Of a stretch of DNA of 64,000 nt, positions 12,432-30,305 are shown in pieces (the stretch's first letter is position 1; each line of letters starts with the position of its first letter). The position numbers and the translations under genes are program-made. Source of the DNA: Phyllosticta citribraziliensis. Lineage: Eukaryota. The notes under the pieces are model-generated. The model worked only from the letters and a program-made list of their open reading frames with translations, was not told the origin of the DNA and made no database searches. The stretch spans positions 62,001 to 126,000 of the forward strand of contig NW_027117349.1 of NCBI RefSeq assembly GCF_038025025.1, given 5' to 3'.

Positions 12432-13821
12432 CTACGACTCCGCCCGCACCATTTCACACACGTATTCGACCACCTTTTCAGCCACGGCCGCGCTGTGCCT
12501 GGGCTCGACGCAGAACCCGTGGGGGATCTCGTCAATGATGTCCATGACGGGTTTCCAGTCGTCCTCGGCAGGCTCGCTGCTGGCCCTGGAGCTGCTGCGG
12601 CGCGTCATTCTGGGCGCCGTCATGGTCGGAGTAGTCGAGCCGCTGTCGGTGTAGTTGGAGTTGGAGTTGGGGCCGGCCCTCCCACGCGACGCAATGAGCT
12701 CATCGCGGGTTGAGTCAGCAACCCAATGATCCTGGCGCCCGAAAAGGAAGTACATTTTGGGTCGCGGTTGCAGCAAGGGGCTTGGCGACGCTGCGCCCCA
12801 CAGCTCCGCATCCCATTTGTCTTCGGTGATGATTCGCAGCTCTTCTTGCGCCATGTGCAGTGCTTGGCGAATCCCGTAGCGTGACTTTACGAAACTGGTA
12901 GTCGTCCGTGCGGCATCTTCGGGCATGAAGAATTGGACCAATTGGAAGAAGAGCGCCGAGGGAAGCCAAAACGTGAGGAGTGTAACAAGAAGGTGGAGGA
13001 TCAGTGGAATATACGGTATTTGGAAGAGGGTCTATGCTCGTCGTCAGACTGGATTTTCGCAAGACGTGCCTTACAGGCATGAGAAAACTCACAGCAAATT
13101 TCTTGCCACTGTCGCTCTTCGCAATGTGCGTGACAGTCGGAAAGAGGGAAACGGCTCCGACTATTTTCCCTTTTGGCTCTTCGTCGTCGTCCTTGGACCC
13201 CGCGACGTTGAGCTTTTCTCTCCAACGGCGCAAAATCTCCATGGCAATGTAGGCGCCAACCGAGTGGCCCACCAAAATGATGTTGGGCTCTTCATCGTCC
13301 TCGAACCTTGGGTCAAAACCTCCTTGCTCTTGCGCCTGCTCTCGCAGGCCCTGGACGTGGTCCCAAAGGGCCCACTCGGCGCCCTCGATTTGCTCTTCGA
13401 GACCAAAGGGAGGCCTCGCTCCAGGTCTCAGACCGGCGCCGCGGCCACCGGCTGCCTCTGCTGGGTAGCCGCCGGCAGGGGCGCATCGCCTGCGCAAGAA
13501 GCCGCCTCGAGCCTCGCTCTCGAATCCAGATAGACTGCGGCCAAAGACATGGAAGTTGACCTGGGTCGATGGAGGCAGGCGGTCGGCAAGGCTAAGGTGG
13601 AGGTAGGAAAGAAAAAGGTCGTAGTAGCCAATGAGGCCCGGGTTGCCCGTGATGAAGTAGATGAGGTAATTTTTGCGACGGGGCTGGGGACCAGTTGTGG
13701 TGGGAGAAAGAGAATCGGAGCGCGATAGGAAGATTGAAGTTGGTTTGGAGGTGATGGGGGGAGTAGGAGGTGATGAAGGCGGCAGGGTTGCGGGCAGGTG
13801 GATGATGGTCGGAGCACGCAT
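12432..13821 (-). CDS. Lipid droplet-associated hydrolase (LDAH/YPR147C-like alpha/beta hydrolase); 2 exons
   Basis: 'IYFITGNPGLIGYYDLFL', nucleophile elbow 'GHSVG', 'LFPTVTHIAKS', 'FLFGRQDHWV', 'IPHGFC'. Intron 13032-13092. Confidence 0.85.
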
Positions 13822-13914
13822 GTTGAGATGTTGGAGTGAGAGGGAAACAGTGAAGAGCGAGCGAGCGGGCGAGAGAGAAGAAAAGTACTGTATTCAGATG
13901 TCGGGGCGGAGAGG

Positions 13915-14225
13915 ATAAGGAAAGGAAAGGAGAGGAAAGGAAAGGAAAGGGAAGGGAAGGGAAGGAGCGTGTGCGACTGGAGTTGAAGGAGAGGTGAGAG
14001 GTGAGAGTGCTCAGGGTCTGTTTGCCTTGGGTTAGGGCGGTCAGGGACGCATGGATAGGATAGGATAGGATGCCTTAGCCCCCCCGTTGGGTAACCGTCC
14101 TGCGATCTCCAACACCTTCACGGTGCAGCGCATCGCATCGCATCGCATCGCATCGCATCGCAGCGCAGCGCAGGCAGTGCGTCACCGCAACGACGACGAC
14201 GACGCCGACGACGACAACGACAACC
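13915..14225. repeat. Cluster of microsatellites: (GGAAA/GGAAG)n, (GATAG)n, (CGCAT)n, (GAC)n
   Basis: Short tandem repeats visible directly in the intergenic region upstream of the LDAH-like gene. Confidence 0.9.
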
Positions 14226-14691
14226 AAGATTTGCGCGATTACGGCGCATTGCAGATCTAGTCTCTTTGCAGCCCTGTCATCTTGACTAAGCCGTCAACAT
14301 CACCGCACCACCCCGCTGAGACACGCTGCATCTCGACATGCCGCCATCATCCTGCGAGTCATGCGACTACTCCCGCCGTCAGCTTTTCTTTATAGCAACA
14401 ACCATCCTTGCTTTACTATTTCTGCTTTGGGTCCGTGGCTGAACCCTCGACACATGCTCTCTGACTTGGTGAATGACAAGGATCAAAAGTTATATGCATT
14501 GATCGACTCTGCAACTTTGGCTTGTTGCCGATTGAACGCCTCAAAAAGAATCAAGGAGCCAAAACACAAAAGGGTATACCTCGAGATAAGAATGGAAGAC
14601 AAAAAGTCGCAAGGCTCTGGGGAACATGATGCTAAAGCACACACACGACGACAACGTCACCTCGCCCGCCCACTTGCACAATGAACGCGCG

Positions 14692-16169
14692 CTATGATGA
14701 ACCTGCCCTTCTCGAACTCCCCGCCTGGGTCCGAAATCCGCTCAAACTCGCGTGTCCTCGTTCATACGCCGAGTTTCGGTTGGCTCGGCTCTTGCCCTTT
14801 CGATCAACCTTTCTCGTCGTGCCGAAGAGCCATATCTTGGTCTTGCGCACCGCATCTGTCGTCAGCTGGAATGGGTACACAAACATGGTCCAGGCCGCGT
14901 TGATGGGCATCATGAAGACGGACCCGACAAAGTCAAACAGGAGCACAATCAGACTCGTTTGCTTCTTGTGCCCGCCGTGCGCCGCCGCTGCCGCCGCCAG
15001 TGCAAGGGCATCTTTGAGGCGGCTTTCCAGGTCCTGCAGCCGGGCCTCCGTCACCATCGTCTGCGTTGTTGCTCGCTTTTCATAGCGGCGGACGGCCCGG
15101 TTCAGAGCATCCAACTGCGGCTGGAAGCTCTGGCGAACAAGATTTACCACTTCGGCTGGCGCACCCGACGACTTGGCCGCGTCCTTGTTCTTGACCGCGG
15201 CGTTTTTGGAGACCATGTCGGCCATGTGGGTTTCGAGCTCGCCCACGCGCTGCCTCAAATCGCTCACCGACGACTCCTCTGGCCGCACTCCGTCCGGGTC
15301 CAGGTGGTCTCGGACGATTCGTTGCAGGTACAGGGTTCTTGCGCGTAAAAGACGCAGCAGGTGAGACGCAGGCCGGATTTCAGCCGCGAGTAAAAATATG
15401 GTGAGGTTGTAGTTGGAGACGAGCCCTTCCGATGGGCGTGATAGGGAAGCGCGGATGCCATGGAGGAGATAGGCTCCAAAGACAGGACCAACGAAGCATG
15501 CCGCCAGGGCGAGGAGCTCGTCTCGGCGCAGCTCTCTCACAGCCCGCGCGTATTCGGGCTCGGTATCAGCGCTAGGGTTGTCTGGTTGGCGGGTGGTCGT
15601 CTCTGGAGCCGTTTCGAGGTCAGCGAAGTCGTCGTCGTCTTCGTCGTCGTGGGCGCCAAGAGGGTCATCATGGTCGTCCTCTTCTGGGATGCGGTCGTCA
15701 TGGGTCGGGGTCGGAGTCGTGGCCGTGGCCGTGGCCGTTGCCAGAGTTTGAGCGGAGCGGTACCAGTCCCTGTCCAAGCGCATCAGCAATCGGATCCTTG
15801 CCGCCGACGCGGTCCGCCGAGCAAGCAGGGCTACCTACTGTGCCCAGGGAGTGAAGCTTACCATGGCAATCGCACACACCAGTTCAGCAGCACCGTGGCC
15901 AGGCCGAGAAGCAGGACGTCGGTCAGCACCTCGCTCCCATTGTTGAACAGCAAGCCCCCGATGGCAGGCAGGATGGCGAAGACCAGGGGCGCCGAGTGCC
16001 AGTGCGAGTTTTCGTCCTGCACCAGGTGGTCCATGCGGTTCGCCAGAGGGTCGGTCGAGGAGCGCACCGAAGAGAGGTCAGAGAGAAGCGACTCGCGGCG
16101 GCGCGGATGGTGACTGTCCCATGATGGAGTCGAGCGCTGGCGGAGGCGTGGTCTGTCGTCGTCGGCCAT
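14692..16169 (-). CDS. Conserved fungal membrane protein of unknown function with C-terminal coiled coil; 2 exons
   Basis: 'HWHSAPLVFAILPAIGGLLF..DVLLLGLATVLLNWCVRLPW|DWYRSAQ' joined by intron 15770-15861. Also 'LSRPSEGLVSNYNLTIFLLAAEIRP' and 'QLDALNRAVRRYEKR', typical of a conserved uncharacterised Pezizomycotina family. Confidence 0.8.
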
Positions 16170-17205
16170 GTTGTTGGCACACGGACGGGACGGCGGGGAG
16201 GCTGCGCGCCAGCATGGGCATGGTTCTTTTGCGCGCTGGGCTGGCTGGCTGGCTGGCTAGCTGGCTGCTCCCGTGGGTATGCAAGACGAGGTGATGTTGA
16301 GGAAGCGTGCAGAGTGTGGAGGGTGTGAGCGCGGTGCTTCTCCTGCTACCTATTGCGTGCGTCGTGCGAAGCCGAAGCCACAGACAGCCACCACCACCGA
16401 ACCCACTCGGCACCCGCCCCAAAGGTGGCCTTGACCATGTACATTACATGTAGGTACTCCCGCCGTGCATTCGCCATATATGCACCCCTCATCTCTTCAT
16501 CTATCGTTTTTGCCGCCGGCCAAAGCAATCATGTGAATCTGCCCGTCTCCACCCAGCCAGTCAACCTCAGCTCGTCACCTGCAACGCGCGCCATGGACCC
16601 TTCTCACCCACCACCTTTTTTTCTTCTGCAGCCTCTTCAAGCCAGTCCAAATATCGAATTTTATTCCATTTCCAAGAGTCCGCCCGCTTTGGCTACTTTC
16701 CTATATGTTCAAGTCGACTCCCCGCGCCTGCTTTCCTTCCCCACAATGCCATCATTCGCATTTCTTATTGAGTACTCGAAGCGGCAATCCTCAATAGCCC
16801 CCCAACACCGCCAAACCACCTTTTCACTCCATTTGATCCAGGGAGTGAAACTCGACGACTGACGAGCTGTCGGGATCATTATCCATATTCAATGTGTCTT
16901 TCCCAGCGTTATTGAGCTCAACACCATAGCTCGCCGTCATGACCGCCGGCCCCCCCTAATGCCATGGCCATATCCCTTCCTCAAGTCTTCATGCGTTCTT
17001 CTTTGTCCTTACTCGCCTTCTACTCTCCTCATCTTCTGGCATCCCTCAAGGCTTTCAGTCCGGTCCCGAACCAAGAGCTTCCATCTGCTGAGTTGGCTAG
17101 GCCGACAGTGGCCAGCATCCAAATCTCAGGGCAGCCAAAATCCTGAGCTCTGGAAGTCATACACGTTGCTCCTCATCTCTGCACCTACAGGTCCAACGAA
17201 GGAAG

Positions 17206-18874
17206 ATGTGGGATCCGCACAAGTCGTTGGTTTCCAGGTCGGACGAGTACCCGGTATTCCCCTTGGCCTACATTGTCCCCCTCCTCGCCACCATCGTCAT
17301 AATCCTCAACATCCCTCCCATGGTATGGCACTACAAGAACAAGAACCTCGCAGCTTGCACGCTGGTCCTGTGGATCATCCTCCTCAACTTCACCGTCTTC
17401 CTCAACCCCATCCTGTGGCCGAACGATGATCTTGCCCACTGGTTCAGCGGCGTGGGCGTGTGCGACATTCAAGTCTACTTCTTCGTCGGAACCTGGACTG
17501 GCATATCGTGCTGCCTGCTTTGCATTATGCGCGGTCTGGCTCGCATCATGGACACCAAAAACACCGTGGTCAGTTCAGAGAGCTCGCGGAAGCGCCACCT
17601 CATCACCGACGCTGTCATCTGCTTCGTCCCGGTCATCCTCCAAATGTCCACCTTTTACATTGTTCAGGGGCGGCGGTACTTCATCTACGGCATCAACGGA
17701 TGTGTGACCGTCTTCAATTTCAACTGGGTGGCAATCGTCCTTTTGGCCATGTGGCCCTTGGTCATTTGCACAGTGGTCGCAGTCTATGCTCGTAAGTTTT
17801 TGGTCGAGAGCCCCATGCTTTGGTTTGATACTGACATGTTCAGTTCTCATCCTCGTCCGTCTCCACCGATACAGAATCGAGTTTTCCCGCCTGCTGAGCA
17901 CGTCGGGAACGACCAAGTCACGCTTCCTCCGGCTGTTCATCATGGCCACCATCTCCGTCATAGTCCTGCTCCCCTCGCAATCATACGTGCTCTACGCCAA
18001 CACAAGGCCAGAGGGCCTCCATTATTCTTGGGCGGAGGTGCACAACAAATACTGGAATCACCCAGTCGCAGTATCGACGGGCGGACGACTGCGCTTCGAT
18101 AGGTGGATCTGGCTGCTCAGCGGGCTCGTGAACTTCTTGTTCTTCGGCCTGGGCGTGGATGCGTTTGCCATTTACCGCAAATGGTTCGGCGCCATAGGCC
18201 TCCACAAGCTCTGCTGCTGCGGTGCACGACGGCCCAGCATCTTGCCCCTGAGCAGCGTCTCGCAGCAGGCGTCCGTCTCGAAATCGCGCACCGGGTCCAG
18301 CCCCAGCATCAGGTCTCGCTTGACCTTTGGCCACAAAGCATATGTCGTGGCAACAACGGTTGACAGAAGCGCTGCTCCCAAGCCGCAGCATGCGAAGAAG
18401 AGGAGCCTCTTTACTTTCTGGCGCACATCCATCGACGAAGAATGCTCGCATCTCACCAGCAACACCGCCACCACCACGGCGGCAACGACAACAACACCGA
18501 CGACACCAAGCACGCCCGAAACGCGCAGTGGAATCGCCTCATCGGTGCCCTTCCCGCCCAACTACTCCTTGCGCAAGCCCAGCGCCGCGCCCAGCTACGG
18601 CACCGACGCGTCCGGATCGACCGTCATCGGCTCGCCCGTTTCGGAGAAGCGCTTCTCGGGCCTGCGCGAAATCGAGCTGGGGCCCGTTAGTCCGCGGATG
18701 ATGATGATGGGGAAGATGGCGGCGGCGGCGGCGGCGGCGGCGGGTGAGGCGAAGGAGGAGAAAGAGAGGGATGATGATCGCGCAGAGGACGCGCGCAGGC
18801 TCGAGGAGTACGTCGTTGATGAGCTGTGCTATGTCAAGAGCGATAAGGAGGTGAGGAAGCCGTGGACGCCTTGA
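17206..18874 (+). CDS. STE3: Pheromone (a-factor-type) receptor, Ste3/PRE-1 family GPCR; 2 exons
   Basis: Seven hydrophobic segments with 'WHYKNKNLAAC', 'NPILWPNDD..WFSGVGVCDI', 'YIVQGRRYFIYGINGC', 'KSRFLRLF', 'YSWAEVH', 'FLFFGLGVDAFAIY'. Intron 17792-17843 restores the frame. Confidence 0.92.
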
Positions 18875-21104
18875 TTGGGATGGAGGCTTGGAGAAGCAAG
18901 CAGGGGACATGAGGACCGAGGCACCACGACGGAAGACATTTCTTTTTGTTCGTTTTGAAACCCTCTTCTACCAACGCCGCAGCAGCAGCCACGCAGCGCA
19001 ATCTGCCTGCCTGCCCACCTACCACCTGGTAGCAAACGATTGGACGCACCATTTCTTTCCACAGCATACCCTTCCTCCCTATTCTCTTTGCTGACCACTC
19101 GTTTGGACGGATGGAGCGATGGGGACTTGTCCGCACCACATCATAGCGCTACACCCCACATGAAATCAACTAATTCAATTCAATTGCTTCAAGTCAATTC
19201 AACGCAATGCGGTGCAGCAGTACATAAATGCCGATTCTCCAAACCTCCAAATCCCTCGCAGCGCAAAACACTCCGCCCCCTCAACATCGGCCAAACACAT
19301 GAATTAGGTGGCCCAGGTAACAACTTGACCCAGTGCCCCCTTTTCCATCCACCGGCAAACGAGCGGGAGACAGGTGGGTGGGTGGGGACAGCCAGCGGCG
19401 GGCGGGCCGACCCGCGCCAGGCAACCGAACCGAACCCGGGCCAACCAACCTAACCTAACCGACGACCCCTGTCCGTACCTTGCCTGTGCTGCTCCCAGCA
19501 GCTTGCCGCATGTAGGAACAGTGTGGCCTGCCTGAGCCGCGCTGGACCCACTTGCTCGTCAGCCACTTGGCCCCCCCTGGCCCCCTTCCTTCCTTCCTGC
19601 CAGCTTCCCCATGTGTCTGTCTGTCCCCGGAACGCAACTCTGCTTCGATTGCTGCGTCTAGTCAGAGGCTGGAAACTAACGGTTCGGCTGGCTGCCTGGG
19701 GATCGAGGCGGGTGCGTCCCGTTTCGGTACGAGTGGAGGGAGCTGAGGGCGGGCTGCGGTTCGGGGAGAAGGTTGGCCTGAGCTGAACCGAACTGAACTG
19801 AGGGTGGAGCAGGGTGAAGGATGTTGGCCCCGGAGGCGCGTCAAAAGGCGGTCGGCTGGCAGCCAGCCGGCTGAACCCGCCGACGAGCACGACAAGGCTG
19901 GACGCAAGACGCACTTCATGGGATGTAGATCGACTGGTAGGTGTGTGAAATGGAGCGTGATCTCAGCTAGCTACGTAGCTACCGCGGCAAACAAGAGAAA
20001 TAAATAGATGCAAAGCCAAACAAGACCGGGCACCGACGCAACAGACGCAGCAATTAAGTAAACCAAACACGCGGCAAAACTGGTATAGCATGCAAAACTG
20101 AATTAAAACCAAATCCGAGGCAAAGAGACAAATGGACAGGAGCAAAAAATTCAGGAAAGAGCAAGCGCGGAAATCGCAAGAATCAAACGTATGCTTTTCG
20201 GGGGATGGCAACGCCGCACGAAGCGCGAGCCACAAAAAAGAAAACAAACTGGGGATTTATGGATAGAGCAGGTGCTGCCGTCATGTCGAAGCCGATGCGT
20301 CTCCAAGTGCATTCAATCCGCCAAGCCAAAATCTCGCGGAGATGTGAGGAAGGGGACGAATTTAAGAAAAGAGAAGGATAGATAGCTCGGCGCCCAACGA
20401 CAAGTAGAGCGTCGAGACAAAGGGCTACTAACGGGGGTATAAATTGTGAAGAGAAGCCAAAAAAAAAAAAAAAAAAAAAAAACCATCATCGAGGCGAAAA
20501 TCAACCGAGAGTCGACGCAATAACACAAATTGAAAAGTCAGAAATCACCCACGCCCCGAACGACACAAGGAGATAAATGGTCAAGCAAAAGATGGAAAGG
20601 CTTGATAAAGAGATACTGAAACTGGAACGAGAGAGAGAGAAAAAAGAAAGCATACAGACGTAATGATGGTTTTGCCTCCCAGTTCCACGCCGTGATCCAT
20701 GGAAAAGCGAGAAAACAACAAAGGGAGTGCCGTCTGCGATGCAGCGCATCGGCTTGCCCCTTTAGACTCCTTGGATGCGCCACTGGGCCAGGCCGAGCCA
20801 AGTCGAGCCCCCAAAAGGAACTCCTTTCCTGCCAACAAGCACTTCTCCTGCCACCTTCCTGTACTCGTCATGTCCAATCCGTCCAAAACACCATTGCCGT
20901 GACAATCTAGGAAAGGGGCCAGAAGAAGAAAAAACAATCGCCAGTGAAATCTACGTCATGGGAACGCTCCCAACGGCCGTCCTTAAGGTCCGAACAAAAC
21001 AAAGATCAAGAATTCCAAAAATAACAAGCTCGCACAAAACATCCACCGATGCAATCGAAAAGGCCACTTGGGTATCAGAGAAAATGGGGAGGAGTTATCT
21101 TGGC

Positions 21105-26074
<4,970 letters not shown>

Positions 26075-26750
26075 GTCGCGGCGACGAGGTATCCAAGGAG
26101 GAGCAACAGTTGTGTGTATAACGTCTACGGTAGAGGAAGATCCCCCAAGCCAGCCGGGGTTGGGTGTCGGTTAAGGCAGGGCTCGCGAAGATCCGACGGG
26201 TGGATCGGCGGGATGGGGAGCGAAGAGGTCGGAAGTGTCGTGGTCGGCGGCGTCTGCCTGCTGAGCTGATCGGAGGGCGATGCAGCCAGGCAGCCTGCTA
26301 GCGGTTGCTAGCCTCGAGATCAATCGACGCGCACCATGCAAGAGCCGGTGGTCGCGGCGCGGCGGGCGGCGGAGAGGTGCAGAGAGGGCGACGGCGGAGG
26401 AGAGGCGGAGCGGACGGGGTCGTGGCGTGGCCGAGGTGCGTCGGGAGCGAGAGGGAGAGAGGGAGGGAGGGGGGGAGAGAGAGAGGTGGTGGTGGTGAGG
26501 GACGGACGAGGTGGCAGCGGTGGTGAGGCTACTGCAAGCAAGGCGCGCAAAGGTGTGTGCAAGAAGGCGGGCGAGCCCCGAGTCGCGCGGGCGGCGGGCA
26601 GGGCAGGGCAGGGCAGGGCAGGACAGGGCAGGGCGGGCCAAACGGCGGAATTTGGCTGTGGCTGGCGACGGCAGCACAGACGAGGACGACGACGACGACG
26701 CGGTCGGGCGATGGGTAGGAACAAGTGGTCGGTAGGATAAGAGAATAGAG

Positions 26751-26752
26751 AG

Positions 26753-26807
<55 letters not shown>
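26751..26807. repeat. (AG)n dinucleotide microsatellite
   Basis: About 25 near-perfect AG units upstream of MED15. Confidence 0.95.
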
Positions 26808-26811
<4 letters not shown>

Positions 26812-27575
26812 TGGGCGAGTGAGAGGGCTCGAGGGTGGCGCTAGGCGGCGCAGGTGAGTTGCAGGACAGAGAGCAGAGGAGGGTGTGCGGTGGGTGTGGT
26901 CGGGGTCGGGGTCGTGTGGTGCATGGCCGGGGACCCGTGGCTTGCGACGTTGGTAGGGTCAACGCTGTATCGATGTGACAAGCGTTTGGCAAGGGCTGGC
27001 TGAAGATTACCGTAGCTGGCTGCCCTGCCCACCACACCACACCGCTTGCTTCTTCTCTGTCTGTCTGTCTGTCTGTCTGTCTACATACATGGACCTGCGC
27101 TCCTTGCGCTGGCTCGCCGCGAATCTCTCTTGACCGTCTGTCCCTCAGTTGTCAACTCCTCCCCCCTCCCCACACGCCAGGGGCCGCTCTCACTCTTACG
27201 CCCTACAGTAGTCGTCTTCACTTCGAAACTGATTCTGTCGACGCCATCATGCGCTCCACCTTGGCCCTCCCTACCGACGTGTTTCCGTGCCAATCCATCG
27301 CTGTCACTCGCGCAAACACCCTCTGCAACATCATTTTTGCATCCCACAGTACAACTCGACTTGGTGTCGCGCCTCGCGTGCCGGCCCTCTCTCATTTTTG
27401 GTTTTCCAGGTACACTGCTTCCGCCATCGCCGCAGCCCGCACAAGTGCCTACCTACCTACTTACATGCACTGCAGTCTATGCCTGCTGAATCCTAGTGCG
27501 TTCCGGAGTCCATCTGTTTTACCTGGCAACTAACCTGACATATCCGCTGCCGCCAAGAAAACCCTCGCTCAACCT

Positions 27576-28853
27576 TCAACTGACCATCTTCACCAATGAA
27601 TCCGCCACGTCCACAGCAAAGCCTTTGTCGTTAATCGCCCTATCATCGCTAACCACCCTAATCGACGTGCCCTGGAGACCCTGCTCGACCGCGGAAAAGA
27701 GAGCCGCATCAACGTCGCCGTCCTGGAAAGCCCCCCCGGCTTCGCTCAGCGCTGACACGCCCCCATTTGGAAGCCAAACCTCGACCATGCTCGCCCTCTT
27801 GTGCTTCTTGAGCTTGTCAGCAACAAACGCCCCCACCGATCGCGCCTCTTCGGCGTTGGTGCGCATCAACGTGACACTCGGATTGTGCTCGTACAGCTTC
27901 CTGCCTCTGTATTGAGAAGGGATTTGGTTGGGCGGTCCGAAATTCACCATGTCCGTCGCGCCAACGCTGAGAACAAGGGGTATCTCGGCCTTGATCGCAG
28001 CTTCAAGTCTTGTCGGCCCTGCCGACATGTTGCCGCCACAGATGTAGTCGCAAATCTCGGTCGTCGTGAGATCAATAATGGCATCCAGCCGGCCCTCTTC
28101 GACAAGCCGCTCCATTGCCCGTCCACCATGGCCTGTGGCGTGAAACACAAAGACTTCAAAGTCAATGTCTCGATTGGCCGTCAGATGGGCTCTGATCTCG
28201 TCGACACTTTTCGTCGTAACTCCAAACATGGTGATGCCGACTCGTACTTTTTTCCTGCTGCTCCCATTCGTTTCTCCCCTCGTCTCCCTCTTCTCTTGCA
28301 GCATTCGTTCATATGCACTCGCCATGCCCAAGATTGCGCCAGCAGCATTGGACAGAATGTTTCTCAGAAGCTCGTTCAACCCTGCAACGTCGACGACCGA
28401 GTACATCAAGGTAATGTCGGCTTCTCCCACGACGGGACCCGTGTCTCCGCTCGCAATGGTGCTCGTAATCAACTTGGGAAATCCCAGCGGCAGCGCGTTT
28501 CTCATGACACTAGCCGCCAAGCTCGTGCCCCCACTGCCTCCAAGACTCACGATGCCATGTGGCGCGCCCATGGGTCCCGTGGGCTGCTCGACCAGAGCCC
28601 TGACGGCATCCGTTGCGCACGTGGCCATGTAGCGGTTGAGCTCCCCGCGCGACAGCTCCGCAACGGGTGCATTGCGACCGTACTTGTGGACGAGCAACGA
28701 CTGCGGCATCGTAATGGCCGCATTTTCAACGTGCTGCCGGCCGACGTCGATGAGGGTCACAGTCGTGTCTGGATGCCTGAGGATCTGGTCGCGCAAGTAG
28801 AGCAGCTCAGGAAGCTTGGTGTCGCAGGTGCCAAGGAGGATGATATTTGGCAT
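27576..28853 (-). CDS. UPF0261 family protein (Tm-1 N-terminal ATP-binding domain-like), intronless
   Basis: 'LLGTCDTKLPEL', 'GGSGGTSLA', 'LPLGFPKLITSTIASGD', 'DITLMYSVVDVAGLN', 'VGITMFGVTT', 'FVFHATGHGGRAME', 'DLTTTEICD', 'GATDMVNFG', 'YEHNPSVTLMRT' are hallmark UPF0261 motifs. Confidence 0.9.
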   Translation of the reverse strand: MPNIILLGTCDTKLPELLYLRDQILRHPDTTVTLIDVGRQHVENAAITMPQSLLVHKYGRNAPVAELSRGELNRYMATCATDAVRALVEQPTGPMGAPHGIVSLGGSGGTSLAASVMRNALPLGFPKLITSTIASGDTGPVVGEADITLMYSVVDVAGLNELLRNILSNAAGAILGMASAYERMLQEKRETRGETNGSSRKKVRVGITMFGVTTKSVDEIRAHLTANRDIDFEVFVFHATGHGGRAMERLVEEGRLDAIIDLTTTEICDYICGGNMSAGPTRLEAAIKAEIPLVLSVGATDMVNFGPPNQIPSQYRGRKLYEHNPSVTLMRTNAEEARSVGAFVADKLKKHKRASMVEVWLPNGGVSALSEAGGAFQDGDVDAALFSAVEQGLQGTSIRVVSDDRAINDKGFAVDVADSLVKMVS

Positions 28854-30305
28854 TGTGGCGGAGCCCGTTTGCTTTTTCCCAAGTTCGCGAGCAACGGATT
28901 GCTTGGTCCAGACGCTGGTGCAGAGCCGTGTGGTTGGTGAGAGACGGGGGAGAGCGAGAGTGTGGTGGATTGAGTGGCAGGTTGGGCCGATCCAAGGTCA
29001 CTGAGGCTTGCTGACTTGTACTGGCTGACGACACGGTGACGAATGACAATCATTGCGAACCTGCAGGTGCCTCTTTTCAAGAAGGAATCTTGACCGATTC
29101 TCCAGCCGTGCAGCTTCAGCCATCTTGGGCTGCAGGGCTCACGACTGAACTGTACCCAGATTAAACACGATTGATGGCGCATCCAAAACGCCCTTTGCAG
29201 CCCAAGTCCACAGCGACGGACAATTGCTTGCTACTGGTGCCCTACGCGGCAGGAAACCAGCAAAACTGCCTTGCGGCCAGATGGCTCCCAATTCCCACAT
29301 GATGGAGCTTGCAATGCGGTTTCGGAGCTGGAGTTTGCATTCAACTGCTCCTCTTATTTGCCTACTCCTTCGGCGAAACCGAAGATTCTTTTCTCCAGCA
29401 CGGATTGCTCGAATGCTCCCTGTGGACACTATAAATCATATACAGAATGCTGCCTGTCACGAATTGAAGCCTCGGACAGTCGAGGTCAAATCAGTACAAG
29501 GCCGACTGCGAGTGACGCAACAAGTGCAGGGATCATGAACACGAACCCTCGATCGCATCTTTCGGCTCTGACTCTGCAGGGCAAAAGACTTCTTCTGCCT
29601 CCAATTGTTCGATTCCGAAGCTCACTGTCGACAACTCGTTGACAAAATGAAACATGTCCGCAGTGGTGAGCGCACAAGTCAGGGCCGCCCGTCAGGTCCC
29701 GCTCCCGCGCGTCCGCCCATCTACCTGCTCCACGGCACTGAGTTGGGTACGGTACGTAGGGTTGGGCTTGACCTTGCCCTTGACCTTGACCTTGACCCCA
29801 CCGCGTGCGCGCGCCTCGTCGTCTCCGTCGTCCGTCTCCACCGCACCGCACCGCACTCTCTCCCGCCCGGCTCCACCCTGCAACGCTGGTGACGTAGCCA
29901 GCCCATGGCACCAGACGTCCCTCTCTGCCGACGCATGTTGGGTTGCTGCTGCGACGGTCGGAAGTCATGGATGGCTCTGGGGCTATGGGTCCCTGAACCA
30001 ACAACAGTCGACGCCGTTGCAAAATAGCCTGCGTCGCCGACGGTGCCCTTCATTTGTGGGTTATTCACGGCCCCCGTTTGCTGGGTTCGACGTCATGTTA
30101 ACCTAACCTGCACCTGGCATGCATCAAGCTTCGCACCATTCATCTGTCTTCCGTCTGTCTCTCCAACTCACATCCTCGTCCCCCTTCTCTTCTGGCCAAT
30201 TCCACATTACCAATCCCACACGACACTTGACCTCGTTCTGTCCAACAGGACAAACCCTCGCTCGTCCAAACGCATTGCTCCGCCGCCTTCAACAACGTCG
30301 CTACA

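Noticed and set aside
17206..18874. STE3 receptor as sign of a mating-type locus
   Set aside because: No alpha-box or HMG gene, APN2, SLA2 or pheromone precursor nearby; in Pezizomycotina the receptor genes are unlinked to MAT.
19440..19460. CCTAACCTAACC as telomeric repeat or telomerase template
   Set aside because: The unit is CCTAA, not CCCTAA; only two copies, within a low-complexity tract.
26171..27533. Several 100-290-aa ORFs upstream of MED15
   Set aside because: Low-complexity translations of (AG)n, (GGGCA)n and GC-rich UTR or promoter sequence, with no recognisable domain.
27801..28940. 379-aa antisense ORF over the UPF0261 gene (and similar antisense ORFs across the window)
   Set aside because: Expected shadow ORFs of GC-rich coding sequence; no independent motifs.
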